From Candidatus Hadarchaeales archaeon (GTDB taxonomy: Archaea; Hadarchaeota; Hadarchaeia; Hadarchaeales; Hadarchaeaceae), in contig JAWBCC010000001.1 in NCBI GenBank assembly GCA_038823825.1, positions 360,001 to 392,000 on the forward strand: a stretch of 32,000 nucleotides of DNA. The letters are read 5' to 3'. This document shows, piece by piece, positions 17,238 through 24,973 of the stretch. The notes below the pieces were generated by a model that ran no database searches, was not told the origin of the DNA, and saw only the letters and a program-made list of their open reading frames with translations. The position numbers and the translations under genes were made by a program. Numbering within the stretch: position 1 is the first letter of the stretch; every line of letters begins with the position of its first letter.

Positions 17238-18638
17238 ATGCTCAAGCCATTTGAGAAAGCCGCAAGAATTGTGAATGAGAATAGACATAAGGAAATTCTA
17301 GTTATTTCTCACTCCGATGCCGACGGTGTTTGTGCAGCAGCAATAATATCAAAGTGTCTTGAGCGTGAGGAAATTGAGTATTCTGTGAAGTTTGTCGAAA
17401 CACCCCACAAGGAATCTTTCAAAGACATGCCGTCAGCAGATCTAACAATTTTGGCAGACGTTGGTAGTTCTCTTTTAGATCATCTTTGTGAAAGATTTTC
17501 GAACAGCAAATTGATTATCCTAGATCACCATGAAATAGATCAAGACATACATCAGGAGAATCTTGTGCACTTAAATGCTCATCTTCTAGGCATGGATGGG
17601 GGAATCGAAATAAGCGGAGCGGGAATGGCGTACCTTTTTGCTCTCGCCCTCTACGAGAAAAACGTCGATCTTTCTCATTTGGCGATCATTGGTGCACTGG
17701 GTGATGCTCAAGATCTATGGGGAGAGCTTAAGGGTTATAACAGAAGAATAGCTGAAATCGCAGTAAAACTCGGACTTCTACGAAGGGACATAGATTTACT
17801 TCTTTATGGCAGACATTCAAGACCAATCTACAAGGCATTGGCAAATTTTACCGATCCGTTCATTCCGGGCGTGAGTAATTCCCCTTCTGGTTGTCTCCAA
17901 TTGCTTAAAGAACTTGGAATAGAAATCAAGAACGTCACAAAATTTAGACGACCTGTCGATCTTACTGAAGAGGAAAAGAGCCGTCTTGCTTCAGAAATCA
18001 TCGTACGAGCGAGTCTAAGTGCTCCTCCAGAGTTGTCTCCATATGTTCCGAGGTTAGTACTCGGAGAAGTTTTTTCGCTTCCGCAAGAGAGCGAGGAAAG
18101 TGGTCTGAAGGATGTTGACGAGTTTGCTACCTCTTTAAACGCGGTCGCTAAGCAAAATCAACCAATTTTGGGTTTAGAGGTTGCCAAAGGAGACAGAGGA
18201 GGATATTATGCGCAAATGCAAAAGTTATTGAACAGATATAGAAGAAAAATTGCTGAGAGCCTAGGCTATCTAGAAGGAACAGAATTTTACAGTGGCCCAT
18301 TGGGATATTTGCAGTTCTTTGATGCGACGGAATACGCGAGCGAGAATTTAGTTGGAACGATTGTTGGGATGTGCTTGTCTTCTGGTTTCGTCGATCCGTA
18401 CAGACCGGTCCTTGGAATGGTCAGAAAAAACGGATTTGCAAAAATTTCGACAAGATGCTCCAAATTATTGGCTCTTAAAAACATTAACTTGGCTAAGGCA
18501 ATTCGGGAAACCTGTAGAGAAATTGGAGGTGAAGGAGGAGGTCATGCAACAGCCGGCGGAGCCCTGATCGAGGAAGATAAGATCAACAAATTTATAGAAG
18601 TTTTTGAAAGAAATCTCCTTATGCAGCACCAGACTTAG
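17238..18638 (+). CDS. DHH/DHHA1 phosphoesterase, archaeal RecJ/GAN (Cdc45-like) nuclease homolog
   Basis: 466 aa with SHSDADGVCAAAI (DxD), ILDHHE (DHH) and GGEGGGHATAGGA (DHHA1 GGGH). The length is typical of archaeal RecJ-like proteins. Confidence 0.82.
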   Translation: MLKPFEKAARIVNENRHKEILVISHSDADGVCAAAIISKCLEREEIEYSVKFVETPHKESFKDMPSADLTILADVGSSLLDHLCERFSNSKLIILDHHEIDQDIHQENLVHLNAHLLGMDGGIEISGAGMAYLFALALYEKNVDLSHLAIIGALGDAQDLWGELKGYNRRIAEIAVKLGLLRRDIDLLLYGRHSRPIYKALANFTDPFIPGVSNSPSGCLQLLKELGIEIKNVTKFRRPVDLTEEEKSRLASEIIVRASLSAPPELSPYVPRLVLGEVFSLPQESEESGLKDVDEFATSLNAVAKQNQPILGLEVAKGDRGGYYAQMQKLLNRYRRKIAESLGYLEGTEFYSGPLGYLQFFDATEYASENLVGTIVGMCLSSGFVDPYRPVLGMVRKNGFAKISTRCSKLLALKNINLAKAIRETCREIGGEGGGHATAGGALIEEDKINKFIEVFERNLLMQHQT

Positions 18639-20337
18639 CTTTTCTCTCTTCCTGTCTTCTGTAGAGTTCTGCAATTTCGTTTATCGTGGCTGCTTCTTCG
18701 GGACGTTTGTCCTCTCTTATTCTGATAAATCGTGGGAACCTTAAACCAAATCCACTTGTATGTTTCTCTTCCGGACTGGCTTGGATTTCCTCGTATGCGA
18801 CTTCGAAGACTATTTTCGGTTCTACGTGGGCGTCGACGTCGATTTCGATATCCACAGAGGGATCAGGTTTTTGCAAAATGAGTGGTTGAAACAATTCCGT
18901 CAAATCTTTTAGATCCTCATCTGTGAAACCCGAACCACATTTTGTCACGGTCTTGAATTTACCAGATGCCGGATCTCGGGCCGCCAAAATGTAGCTACCA
19001 AAGACTCCTGCTCTTTTGCCCTTCCCATACAGAACACCAACAACAACCAAATCCAGCGTTTCTAAAACAGGTTTTATTTTTAACCAAAGGAATTCTCTTC
19101 TCCCAGCCCTGTAGGGAGAGTTCAATTCCTTCGCGAGTAGGCCTTCATGACCGATTTTTATCGCGTAGTCCGAGAATTCTCTGATCTCCTCTTCTCTCGA
19201 AAGAACTTTTTGTTCGACGATGAAGACTTTTTCGTTTTCCTCGATTATTTTTTCGAGTATCTTTCTTCTTTCAACATACGGTCGTTCTAACATGGCTCTG
19301 TCATCGACTAACAGGACATCGAAAAGGTGAAGCTCCACTGGTATTTGCTTCGCCGTTTTCTCGATTCCATATTTTCTCCTTCTCTTCAAAACTTCTTGAA
19401 ATGGCATGGGTTTTTTTGTTTCTGGATCAATTGCTACGAGCTCTCCGTCGACTATCGCTTTCTCCGCTTTTATCGCTCTGCGGAGAGGATATATCATGTC
19501 TGGAAACATGCTTGTATAGTCTTCCATTCTTCTTGTGAAGAGAATTACTTTCTCTCCATCTTTATGTGCTTGGATTCTTATACCGTCGAGTTTAATCTCA
19601 AAAGCCGCTTTACCGTTCATTCTCTGAAGGACTTCCGCTATACTTTCCGCTCGTTGGGCAAGCATTGGACTAACTGGACGCCCGACTACCACCGAAAGAC
19701 CCCTAACTCCTTCTATACCTTTCTCGGCGGCGGTTTTTGCAACCAGCGCATAATCTGATGTAAGCATGTATGCCTTCTCTACATCTTCAGGGGGTATGTT
19801 GAAAGCATCCGCTATTGCATCGCGCAATCTACCCTCTGCCACACCAATTCTGAGGTCGCCCAAAACCGTCCTAACAATGAATTTTGCTTCAATTGGTTGA
19901 GCACTTGTTAGAAGGGAGGCTACTCGCTCAATTTTTCTATCAATAGAGCTCTCTCCGGTAATCTCCGGCAATCTTTTTATCGTCTCAAAGACGTCAGAGA
20001 CTGTTAGTGGTTTTTGGAATAGCGAAACTTGTTTCTTTTTCTTTATCAGCTCTTGTGCAACTTCGCCCAAGTCCCCCATTTTTTTAAGAAGATGTTCGAC
20101 CTGTGAGGTTGGATAACCAGACGCGAGCGAGATCGCTTTTTTAAGCTGTTGTATTCCAACGCCCGTTTCTTTAGAGACATATGTCGGCCAAGCCCTTCCA
20201 AGGAGAAGAAGCACTACTTTTTCGATGTATTCAGGAGGAGTGTTCTGCAGTAAAGACACGATTATCTCATTTTTTTCGAGATAAGATGAAGTTTTTTCTA
20301 ATTTTTCGAAGGTTTCAGCTAAGGTAAGGTATTTCAT
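18619..20337 (-). CDS. lig: ATP-dependent DNA ligase (paralog B)
   Basis: Motif I FEIKLDGIRIQ, then VDGELVA, LHLFDVLL, EGLLAK, LWLKIKP and LRFPRFIRIREDK. I prefer ATG 20337 (MKYLTLAETFEKLEKT aligns with paralog A MMEFSKLAELCEKLEKT) over the TTG at 20364. The gene overlaps the recJ-like 3' end by 20 nt. Confidence 0.92.
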   Translation of the reverse strand: MKYLTLAETFEKLEKTSSYLEKNEIIVSLLQNTPPEYIEKVVLLLLGRAWPTYVSKETGVGIQQLKKAISLASGYPTSQVEHLLKKMGDLGEVAQELIKKKKQVSLFQKPLTVSDVFETIKRLPEITGESSIDRKIERVASLLTSAQPIEAKFIVRTVLGDLRIGVAEGRLRDAIADAFNIPPEDVEKAYMLTSDYALVAKTAAEKGIEGVRGLSVVVGRPVSPMLAQRAESIAEVLQRMNGKAAFEIKLDGIRIQAHKDGEKVILFTRRMEDYTSMFPDMIYPLRRAIKAEKAIVDGELVAIDPETKKPMPFQEVLKRRRKYGIEKTAKQIPVELHLFDVLLVDDRAMLERPYVERRKILEKIIEENEKVFIVEQKVLSREEEIREFSDYAIKIGHEGLLAKELNSPYRAGRREFLWLKIKPVLETLDLVVVGVLYGKGKRAGVFGSYILAARDPASGKFKTVTKCGSGFTDEDLKDLTELFQPLILQKPDPSVDIEIDVDAHVEPKIVFEVAYEEIQASPEEKHTSGFGLRFPRFIRIREDKRPEEAATINEIAELYRRQEERKAKSGAA

Positions 20338-20390
20338 TATCTCATTCAGCGGTTTGTTTTTCAATCCTAAAATTGTTTCCGTTTTCTTTA

Positions 20391-21212
20391 TTATTGACTA
20401 TCCATCACGTGTCCTGATGGTTGAATGGTTAGAACTATTTTCCCATTTTGAAATACCCTCACATGTCCATCTTCTTGTGAAACTACCACACCAATCGATT
20501 TTGTCGCACGTGTCATCGCAGCTACTGCGTAGTGTCTGCTTCCCAATCCGCGGACATCGACTTTCCTATTGGCGTCCAGATGTCTGCAACATGCTCGTAT
20601 TATACCGTTTGAGTCTACTACAAATGCTCCATCATGCGTCGCTGCTATTTTTGCTATAATCGGATAGTTATCTTTCTTTTTAATGTCGCGGGCCTGATGG
20701 GGTAGTGGATCTGACTCGAGTTGATGAGATAAGCGCATAACAGTTTTCCAATCCCCAATGATAAATGCTGCTCCCACCCTCATGTTGTTATAGGAGGTAT
20801 TAGCGATGTAAAGCGCAAGTTTTATGGCATGTATAACTGTTTCGTCGAAAGAGAATATTTTTTCCACGTCGTCCACGATTTTTAAGTGAATTGCGTGTGA
20901 ACCATCGAGATATACAACCTTTTCACCTTTTGACAGGACCCCCTGCCTTACGCAAACAGCGAGTGCGAACTCCGCTTCCTTTTCCGTATTTTCAGATTTC
21001 AGGGGAACGTGAACTACAGGATAGCTCGTAGAAAAAGACTTTTCATCAGAAGATCCGGTGCAGATAATGATTTTTTTGGAAAAAATTGAAAGCTCCTTGA
21101 GAATTTCTTGAGTGGGAATGTTGACGTTGTCGACACGAACCACTACCGCATCTGCTTCAATTAGTGTGGCAAGAGAAACGGCCGCCTTGGCCAGAGCCTG
21201 GGGAGCTTCCAT
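20391..21212 (-). CDS. dacZ: Diadenylate cyclase, DacZ type (pyruvate-kinase-C-like N-terminal domain plus DAC/DisA_N domain)
   Basis: 273 aa. The C-terminal half has GAAFIIGD...HDGAFVVDSNGIIRACCRHLD...GLGSRHYAVAAMTRATKSIGVVVSQEDGHVRVFQNG, which fits the DAC consensus (DGA, (G)xRHRxA, VVSxExG). A strong SD (GGAGAGGAGG) precedes the ATG. Confidence 0.85.
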   Translation of the reverse strand: MEAPQALAKAAVSLATLIEADAVVVRVDNVNIPTQEILKELSIFSKKIIICTGSSDEKSFSTSYPVVHVPLKSENTEKEAEFALAVCVRQGVLSKGEKVVYLDGSHAIHLKIVDDVEKIFSFDETVIHAIKLALYIANTSYNNMRVGAAFIIGDWKTVMRLSHQLESDPLPHQARDIKKKDNYPIIAKIAATHDGAFVVDSNGIIRACCRHLDANRKVDVRGLGSRHYAVAAMTRATKSIGVVVSQEDGHVRVFQNGKIVLTIQPSGHVMDSQ

Positions 21213-21304
21213 TCTAATCTAACCTCCTCTCCCCATCGCCTCTGGCCTAGCCAATTACCTTTCTACAGTTAGGGGTTATATCCTTTTCGATTGAAGAAAG
21301 TTTT

Positions 21305-22078
21305 GTGATATCTAAACTCGGAAGAGTCTCCGTGCTCAAAAGCGAATGCAAAAATGTGCTGATCGCTGGTGATATTCACGGAGATTTTAATGCATTCAAG
21401 AGAGCCTTGGAAATTTTTGAAGAAACTCCGGATAGCATACTGATTTTCTTAGGTGACTATGCGGATCGAGGAGACATGGGGTTGGAAGTAATAGAAACTC
21501 TGACCGAGATGATCGGCCCCAGAGTTGTGGCACTTAAAGGAAATCACGAAGATTACGTGAATGGTTCACCAACTTTTCATCCTTGGGATTTTGGATGGGA
21601 AGTTAAAATGAAGAGAAAAGTCAAATGGGAGGATTTTTTTCCAATTTTCGAGAAAAATTTTTTGAACAAACTTTCAATCGCCTTTGTAATTCCTGGTCTT
21701 GCACTTTGTGTGCATGGTGGAATTTGTGGAAGAATCAAAAGTCTCAATGATTTGAAAGCTCCAAACAGAAAAATAGAAGAATGCATACTTTGGAGCGACC
21801 CAACGGATCTCCCTGGTGAATTTCCCAATCCGCGAGGAGCCGGTATACTCTTTGGCCCAGACATCACAGATTGCGTTCTCAAATCACTTGATGTGAAGTT
21901 CCTTGTTCGCAGTCATGAACCAATGAAAGCTTCTGAAGGTCCTTTTTTAGAGCAAGGAGGACGAGTAATAACTCTAAGCACAACTAGTGTCTATGGTGGA
22001 AAACCCTTTTTGCTCCGAATAAATCCATACGAGAAATTCGATTTAACAAAAATCAATGAAAAAATCATCTTTCTTTGA
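21305..22078 (+). CDS. PPP-family metallophosphoesterase (Ser/Thr protein phosphatase / ApaH-like)
   Basis: 257 aa, GTG start. It carries GDIHGD, GDYADRGD, GNHE and VHGG motifs in canonical order. Confidence 0.85.
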   Translation: MISKLGRVSVLKSECKNVLIAGDIHGDFNAFKRALEIFEETPDSILIFLGDYADRGDMGLEVIETLTEMIGPRVVALKGNHEDYVNGSPTFHPWDFGWEVKMKRKVKWEDFFPIFEKNFLNKLSIAFVIPGLALCVHGGICGRIKSLNDLKAPNRKIEECILWSDPTDLPGEFPNPRGAGILFGPDITDCVLKSLDVKFLVRSHEPMKASEGPFLEQGGRVITLSTTSVYGGKPFLLRINPYEKFDLTKINEKIIFL

Positions 22079-22628
22079 GGAAATATTCTTCCAGCCAGCT
22101 TATCTTTCCAGGTCGGAGATCTTTTTTTCCCTTCAATGCCATCAAGAAATCGCTGACGCTTTTTTTCAAGGATTTTCTCGTTGTATCTATTTCATAAACC
22201 TTGTCTTCTCCATGAATGTTCACTGCCTCCCAAAGAATAATGTCCAAGGCTTCGGACTCTAAGTTATCTTCAAGCTTTTTTCCCTTAAATCCACGTTTTC
22301 TAAGACGCTTCTCCAGAACGCGCGGATGGGTACGCAAAACTATGACATGCGTTATAAGCGTGGAAGGGAGAAAATGTGAAAGAAGTCCATCTACTACGAG
22401 ATTTCTTCTGGTTTTTCTTACAAATTTTCTGAATTCCGACTTCATCTTTCGCAAATTCACAACCTTGGTTCCCTCAGCATCCAATTCGTAGATACCGAGT
22501 GAAGTTACAAATCGATTAAGGTCCAGCAGGTGTGCACCTAAACGTTTTGCAAGTTCTCTGCTAAACGTAGTTTTACCCGTTCCGGGCGTGCCTGTGACAG
22601 AGATTATCATACGTTTCAAAATGCTCAC
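22065..22628 (-). CDS. Fap7/AK6-like putative adenylate kinase (ribosome-biogenesis NTPase)
   Basis: P-loop MIISVTGTPGTGKTTFSRELAKRL. The size is ~180 aa. The alternative start at ATG 22610 fits the family N-terminus better. Confidence 0.75.
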   Translation of the reverse strand: MSILKRMIISVTGTPGTGKTTFSRELAKRLGAHLLDLNRFVTSLGIYELDAEGTKVVNLRKMKSEFRKFVRKTRRNLVVDGLLSHFLPSTLITHVIVLRTHPRVLEKRLRKRGFKGKKLEDNLESEALDIILWEAVNIHGEDKVYEIDTTRKSLKKSVSDFLMALKGKKDLRPGKISWLEEYFLKER

Positions 22629-22636
22629 CGAAACTT

Positions 22637-23623
22637 TTATCTCAGGTCTATTACATCAAAGATTTCCGGACCAACCGAAATCAATGTGACAGGGGTTTCC
22701 GTCACTTCCTCCACTCTTCTAATGAATTCTTTCGCTTCTCTTGGTAAATCTTCCCATTTCTTTGCCCCCTTGGCAGATGGGAAGAGTCTGTCAATACAAG
22801 TAATCGCGATTTGTGTTGCGCCGTTTATCATGACGGCTCTCCTCGCCAACTCGAAGTCAAAAAGACCGATCCTTCTACGTCTGCCGGTTACTGTTCCAAA
22901 CTCGACTATACCCATTTTCTCGGCTTCTTCCTGTGGAATTTCAGTCGGAAATGGTCCCTCTCCAACTCTGCTTGTGTAAGCTTTGAATATGACTATAACA
23001 TCATCGACGCGAGTTGGGCCTAAACCAACATCTGCCGCAAAGGTACTCGCCGTAGTGTCTTTGCTTGTGACATAGGGATATGTGCCATGAACCAAGGAAA
23101 GACCAAAACCCTGTGAACCTTCAACTATCACAAACTTTCCTTTCTTTATTGCTTCGTTAACTTCTAATGGTACGTCACAAAGGAAAGGAGATAATTCTGG
23201 GATTTCACGAGCGAGTTTAGCCGTCCGGTTAACTCTAGCAACATTTGCGGGTCCGCAGCCAGTCCCGGTGGTTCCGATTTTACCTTTTAAATGTGCAGAA
23301 GTTTTGTCTTCTTCTATATGCTTGGGTTCTATTATAGCACAGTTGTTGTCTACTCCTATCCTGTCTTTGACCTTAGTTTCTTCGACCTCTTGCAAAAAGA
23401 TTTGTGGATTAACCAAGACTCCAGGACCGATCAAAAGACGGGCACCTTCATAGACAAAACCGCAGGGGACTTGGCGTAGCCCATATTTTTTTCCGCCATA
23501 CAACACAGAGTGTCCGGCATTTGGACCGACACCAGCCCGAACAACGATGTCGGGTTTATCTCGAAGAGCGAGGTATGCCACCATTTTGCCCTTGCCTTCA
23601 TCACCCCACTGTCCTCCTACCAC
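22637..23623 (-). CDS. purA: Adenylosuccinate synthetase (short archaeal form)
   Basis: 328 aa: [34 protein letters not shown] call the GTG start; an upstream non-ATG start is possible (the frame is open back to a TAA at ~23655). Confidence 0.92.
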   Translation of the reverse strand: MVGGQWGDEGKGKMVAYLALRDKPDIVVRAGVGPNAGHSVLYGGKKYGLRQVPCGFVYEGARLLIGPGVLVNPQIFLQEVEETKVKDRIGVDNNCAIIEPKHIEEDKTSAHLKGKIGTTGTGCGPANVARVNRTAKLAREIPELSPFLCDVPLEVNEAIKKGKFVIVEGSQGFGLSLVHGTYPYVTSKDTTASTFAADVGLGPTRVDDVIVIFKAYTSRVGEGPFPTEIPQEEAEKMGIVEFGTVTGRRRRIGLFDFELARRAVMINGATQIAITCIDRLFPSAKGAKKWEDLPREAKEFIRRVEEVTETPVTLISVGPEIFDVIDLR

Positions 23624-23737
23624 AATCGTGGATGGCAGATGTATCCCCTCATTTTATTTCATTTAGCTCTTAAAAACAGTCTGCAGATTAAGAATTCGTA
23701 AAATGTTTAAATTGTGGTACAGAAATGTTTGGGGAGA

Positions 23738-24229
23738 ATGAGAGCCGAGGTTTTACTCGGGATTGGTCTTCGACTTCTCTCAATATTTCTTATCTTAGGG
23801 CCGATTCTAATTGCGTTTTCTGCGAGCAACTGGGATCTCAAGAAAACTTTGATCCAAGAAGATGAAATTAAAGAAATTGAGGAAAAGTTTTCTGGTCTAA
23901 ATTTCGAAAATCTAGAATTAAGCGTCGATGAGGGCGCTATTGAATATAACGAAGCCACAAAGTTCGCAAGAATACCTGTCATGATATATTCCAGAATGAA
24001 GTTCTCTTTCGATATTCTAGAACTTGAAGTTTCTGTGAATTACGATGGTCATTCAACCTCGCTCAGCATGCAGGAGAACAGAGTCAAGATCACTCCATAT
24101 GAAAATACAAGATTTCACCTAGTCGGTGTCGTGGCGGAGGATCCAAGAGGAAAAAGCGTTGAGACCGAATTAAAACTTGCAGTTGTTGAAAAACTTGGCG
24201 TAACACTTGAAATAAAACCGAGGAAGTGA
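23738..24229 (+). CDS. Single-pass membrane protein with a predicted beta-rich ectodomain (hypothetical)
   Basis: ATG 23738 is preceded by GGGGAGA. The N-terminal TM helix is LLGIGLRLLSIFLILGPILIAF. The remainder alternates hydrophobic and polar residues (FSFDILELEVSVNYDG..., ELKLAVVEKLGVTLEI). I recognise no motif. Confidence 0.55.
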   Translation: MRAEVLLGIGLRLLSIFLILGPILIAFSASNWDLKKTLIQEDEIKEIEEKFSGLNFENLELSVDEGAIEYNEATKFARIPVMIYSRMKFSFDILELEVSVNYDGHSTSLSMQENRVKITPYENTRFHLVGVVAEDPRGKSVETELKLAVVEKLGVTLEIKPRK

Positions 24230-24233
24230 AACC

Positions 24234-24866
24234 ATGAAGAGGAAAAACGCGATTAACTGGTTTGGTGTTGTCTTTGGGGTTCTTATGATCGTGCTGCCAT
24301 TTGCGGGCAGCTGGTGGATGCTGAAGGTAGGTGACAATGCCGCCTCGGTAGCCATTTCTCCCTTCAACTTTGATGTGAAAGTTGTTGGAGTTTCAGTACG
24401 TTCTGTGCTCGTTGATTATATTTTGCTATTTTCAAAAATAACCTTCATGATCGCTGGCGTGTTTTCGATTTTGGCTTCTCTTTTCGCTGACCGTTGGTGG
24501 TCCGCCAAACTGCTAAGGTTTGGAGTAATGAAACCATTCTGGGGTATACTAACTCTAATCATCATACTGATCGTTGGGACCATCTTTGCTAACGCGGTGC
24601 TTCCAAAGATAGTTTCCGGCATGATTCGAGAGGGTACTGAAGGAGGTTTACAGATCAAAATAAATGTGCCATTTCTCTCAGGAAGTTCCAAGTCTGCAAT
24701 CGTAACAGGAGATGCTACTGTTAGCACAGAGATAAGGACCGGATTCCAGATGGCGTTTCTATTGGCGGTTATTACTGCTGGTGTCGGTATAGCTTCTAGA
24801 ATTTACCATCGAAGATTCTTGGAGAAGGAGGAGATTAAAAAGGAAAAGGTCGAAAAGAAAAAATAA
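24234..24866 (+). CDS. Polytopic membrane protein with a K/E-rich C-terminal tail (hypothetical)
   Basis: 210 aa, starting 4 nt after the previous stop. It has at least four hydrophobic segments (WFGVVFGVLMIVLPF; ITFMIAGVFSILASLF; FWGILTLIIILIVGTIF; MAFLLAVITAGVGIA) and the tail EKEEIKKEKVEKKK. Confidence 0.6.
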   Translation: MKRKNAINWFGVVFGVLMIVLPFAGSWWMLKVGDNAASVAISPFNFDVKVVGVSVRSVLVDYILLFSKITFMIAGVFSILASLFADRWWSAKLLRFGVMKPFWGILTLIIILIVGTIFANAVLPKIVSGMIREGTEGGLQIKINVPFLSGSSKSAIVTGDATVSTEIRTGFQMAFLLAVITAGVGIASRIYHRRFLEKEEIKKEKVEKKK

Positions 24867-24973
24867 TTTATAATTTCTTCTGAGGCAGCGAGATCTACTT
24901 AATATTTTCGTAAATCTGCGGAAAATCCCACAGTTTTTGGCTGTTTTTAAGTCCCCATTCCGAGTTTTGCTCG

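Noticed and set aside
17186-17245. N-terminal 20 codons of the 362-aa mtnA-like ORF (MSISELSSFYPQFQLNLAVA)
   Set aside because: Family members start at the MKTVEF...LIDQ motif. The extension would overlap the recJ-like start at 17238 and remove the divergent promoter region.
19327-19758. 143-aa plus-strand ORF inside ligase paralog B, and similar ORFs 10704..11685 inside paralog A
   Set aside because: These are shadow ORFs antisense to strongly supported ligase genes, with no recognisable motifs.
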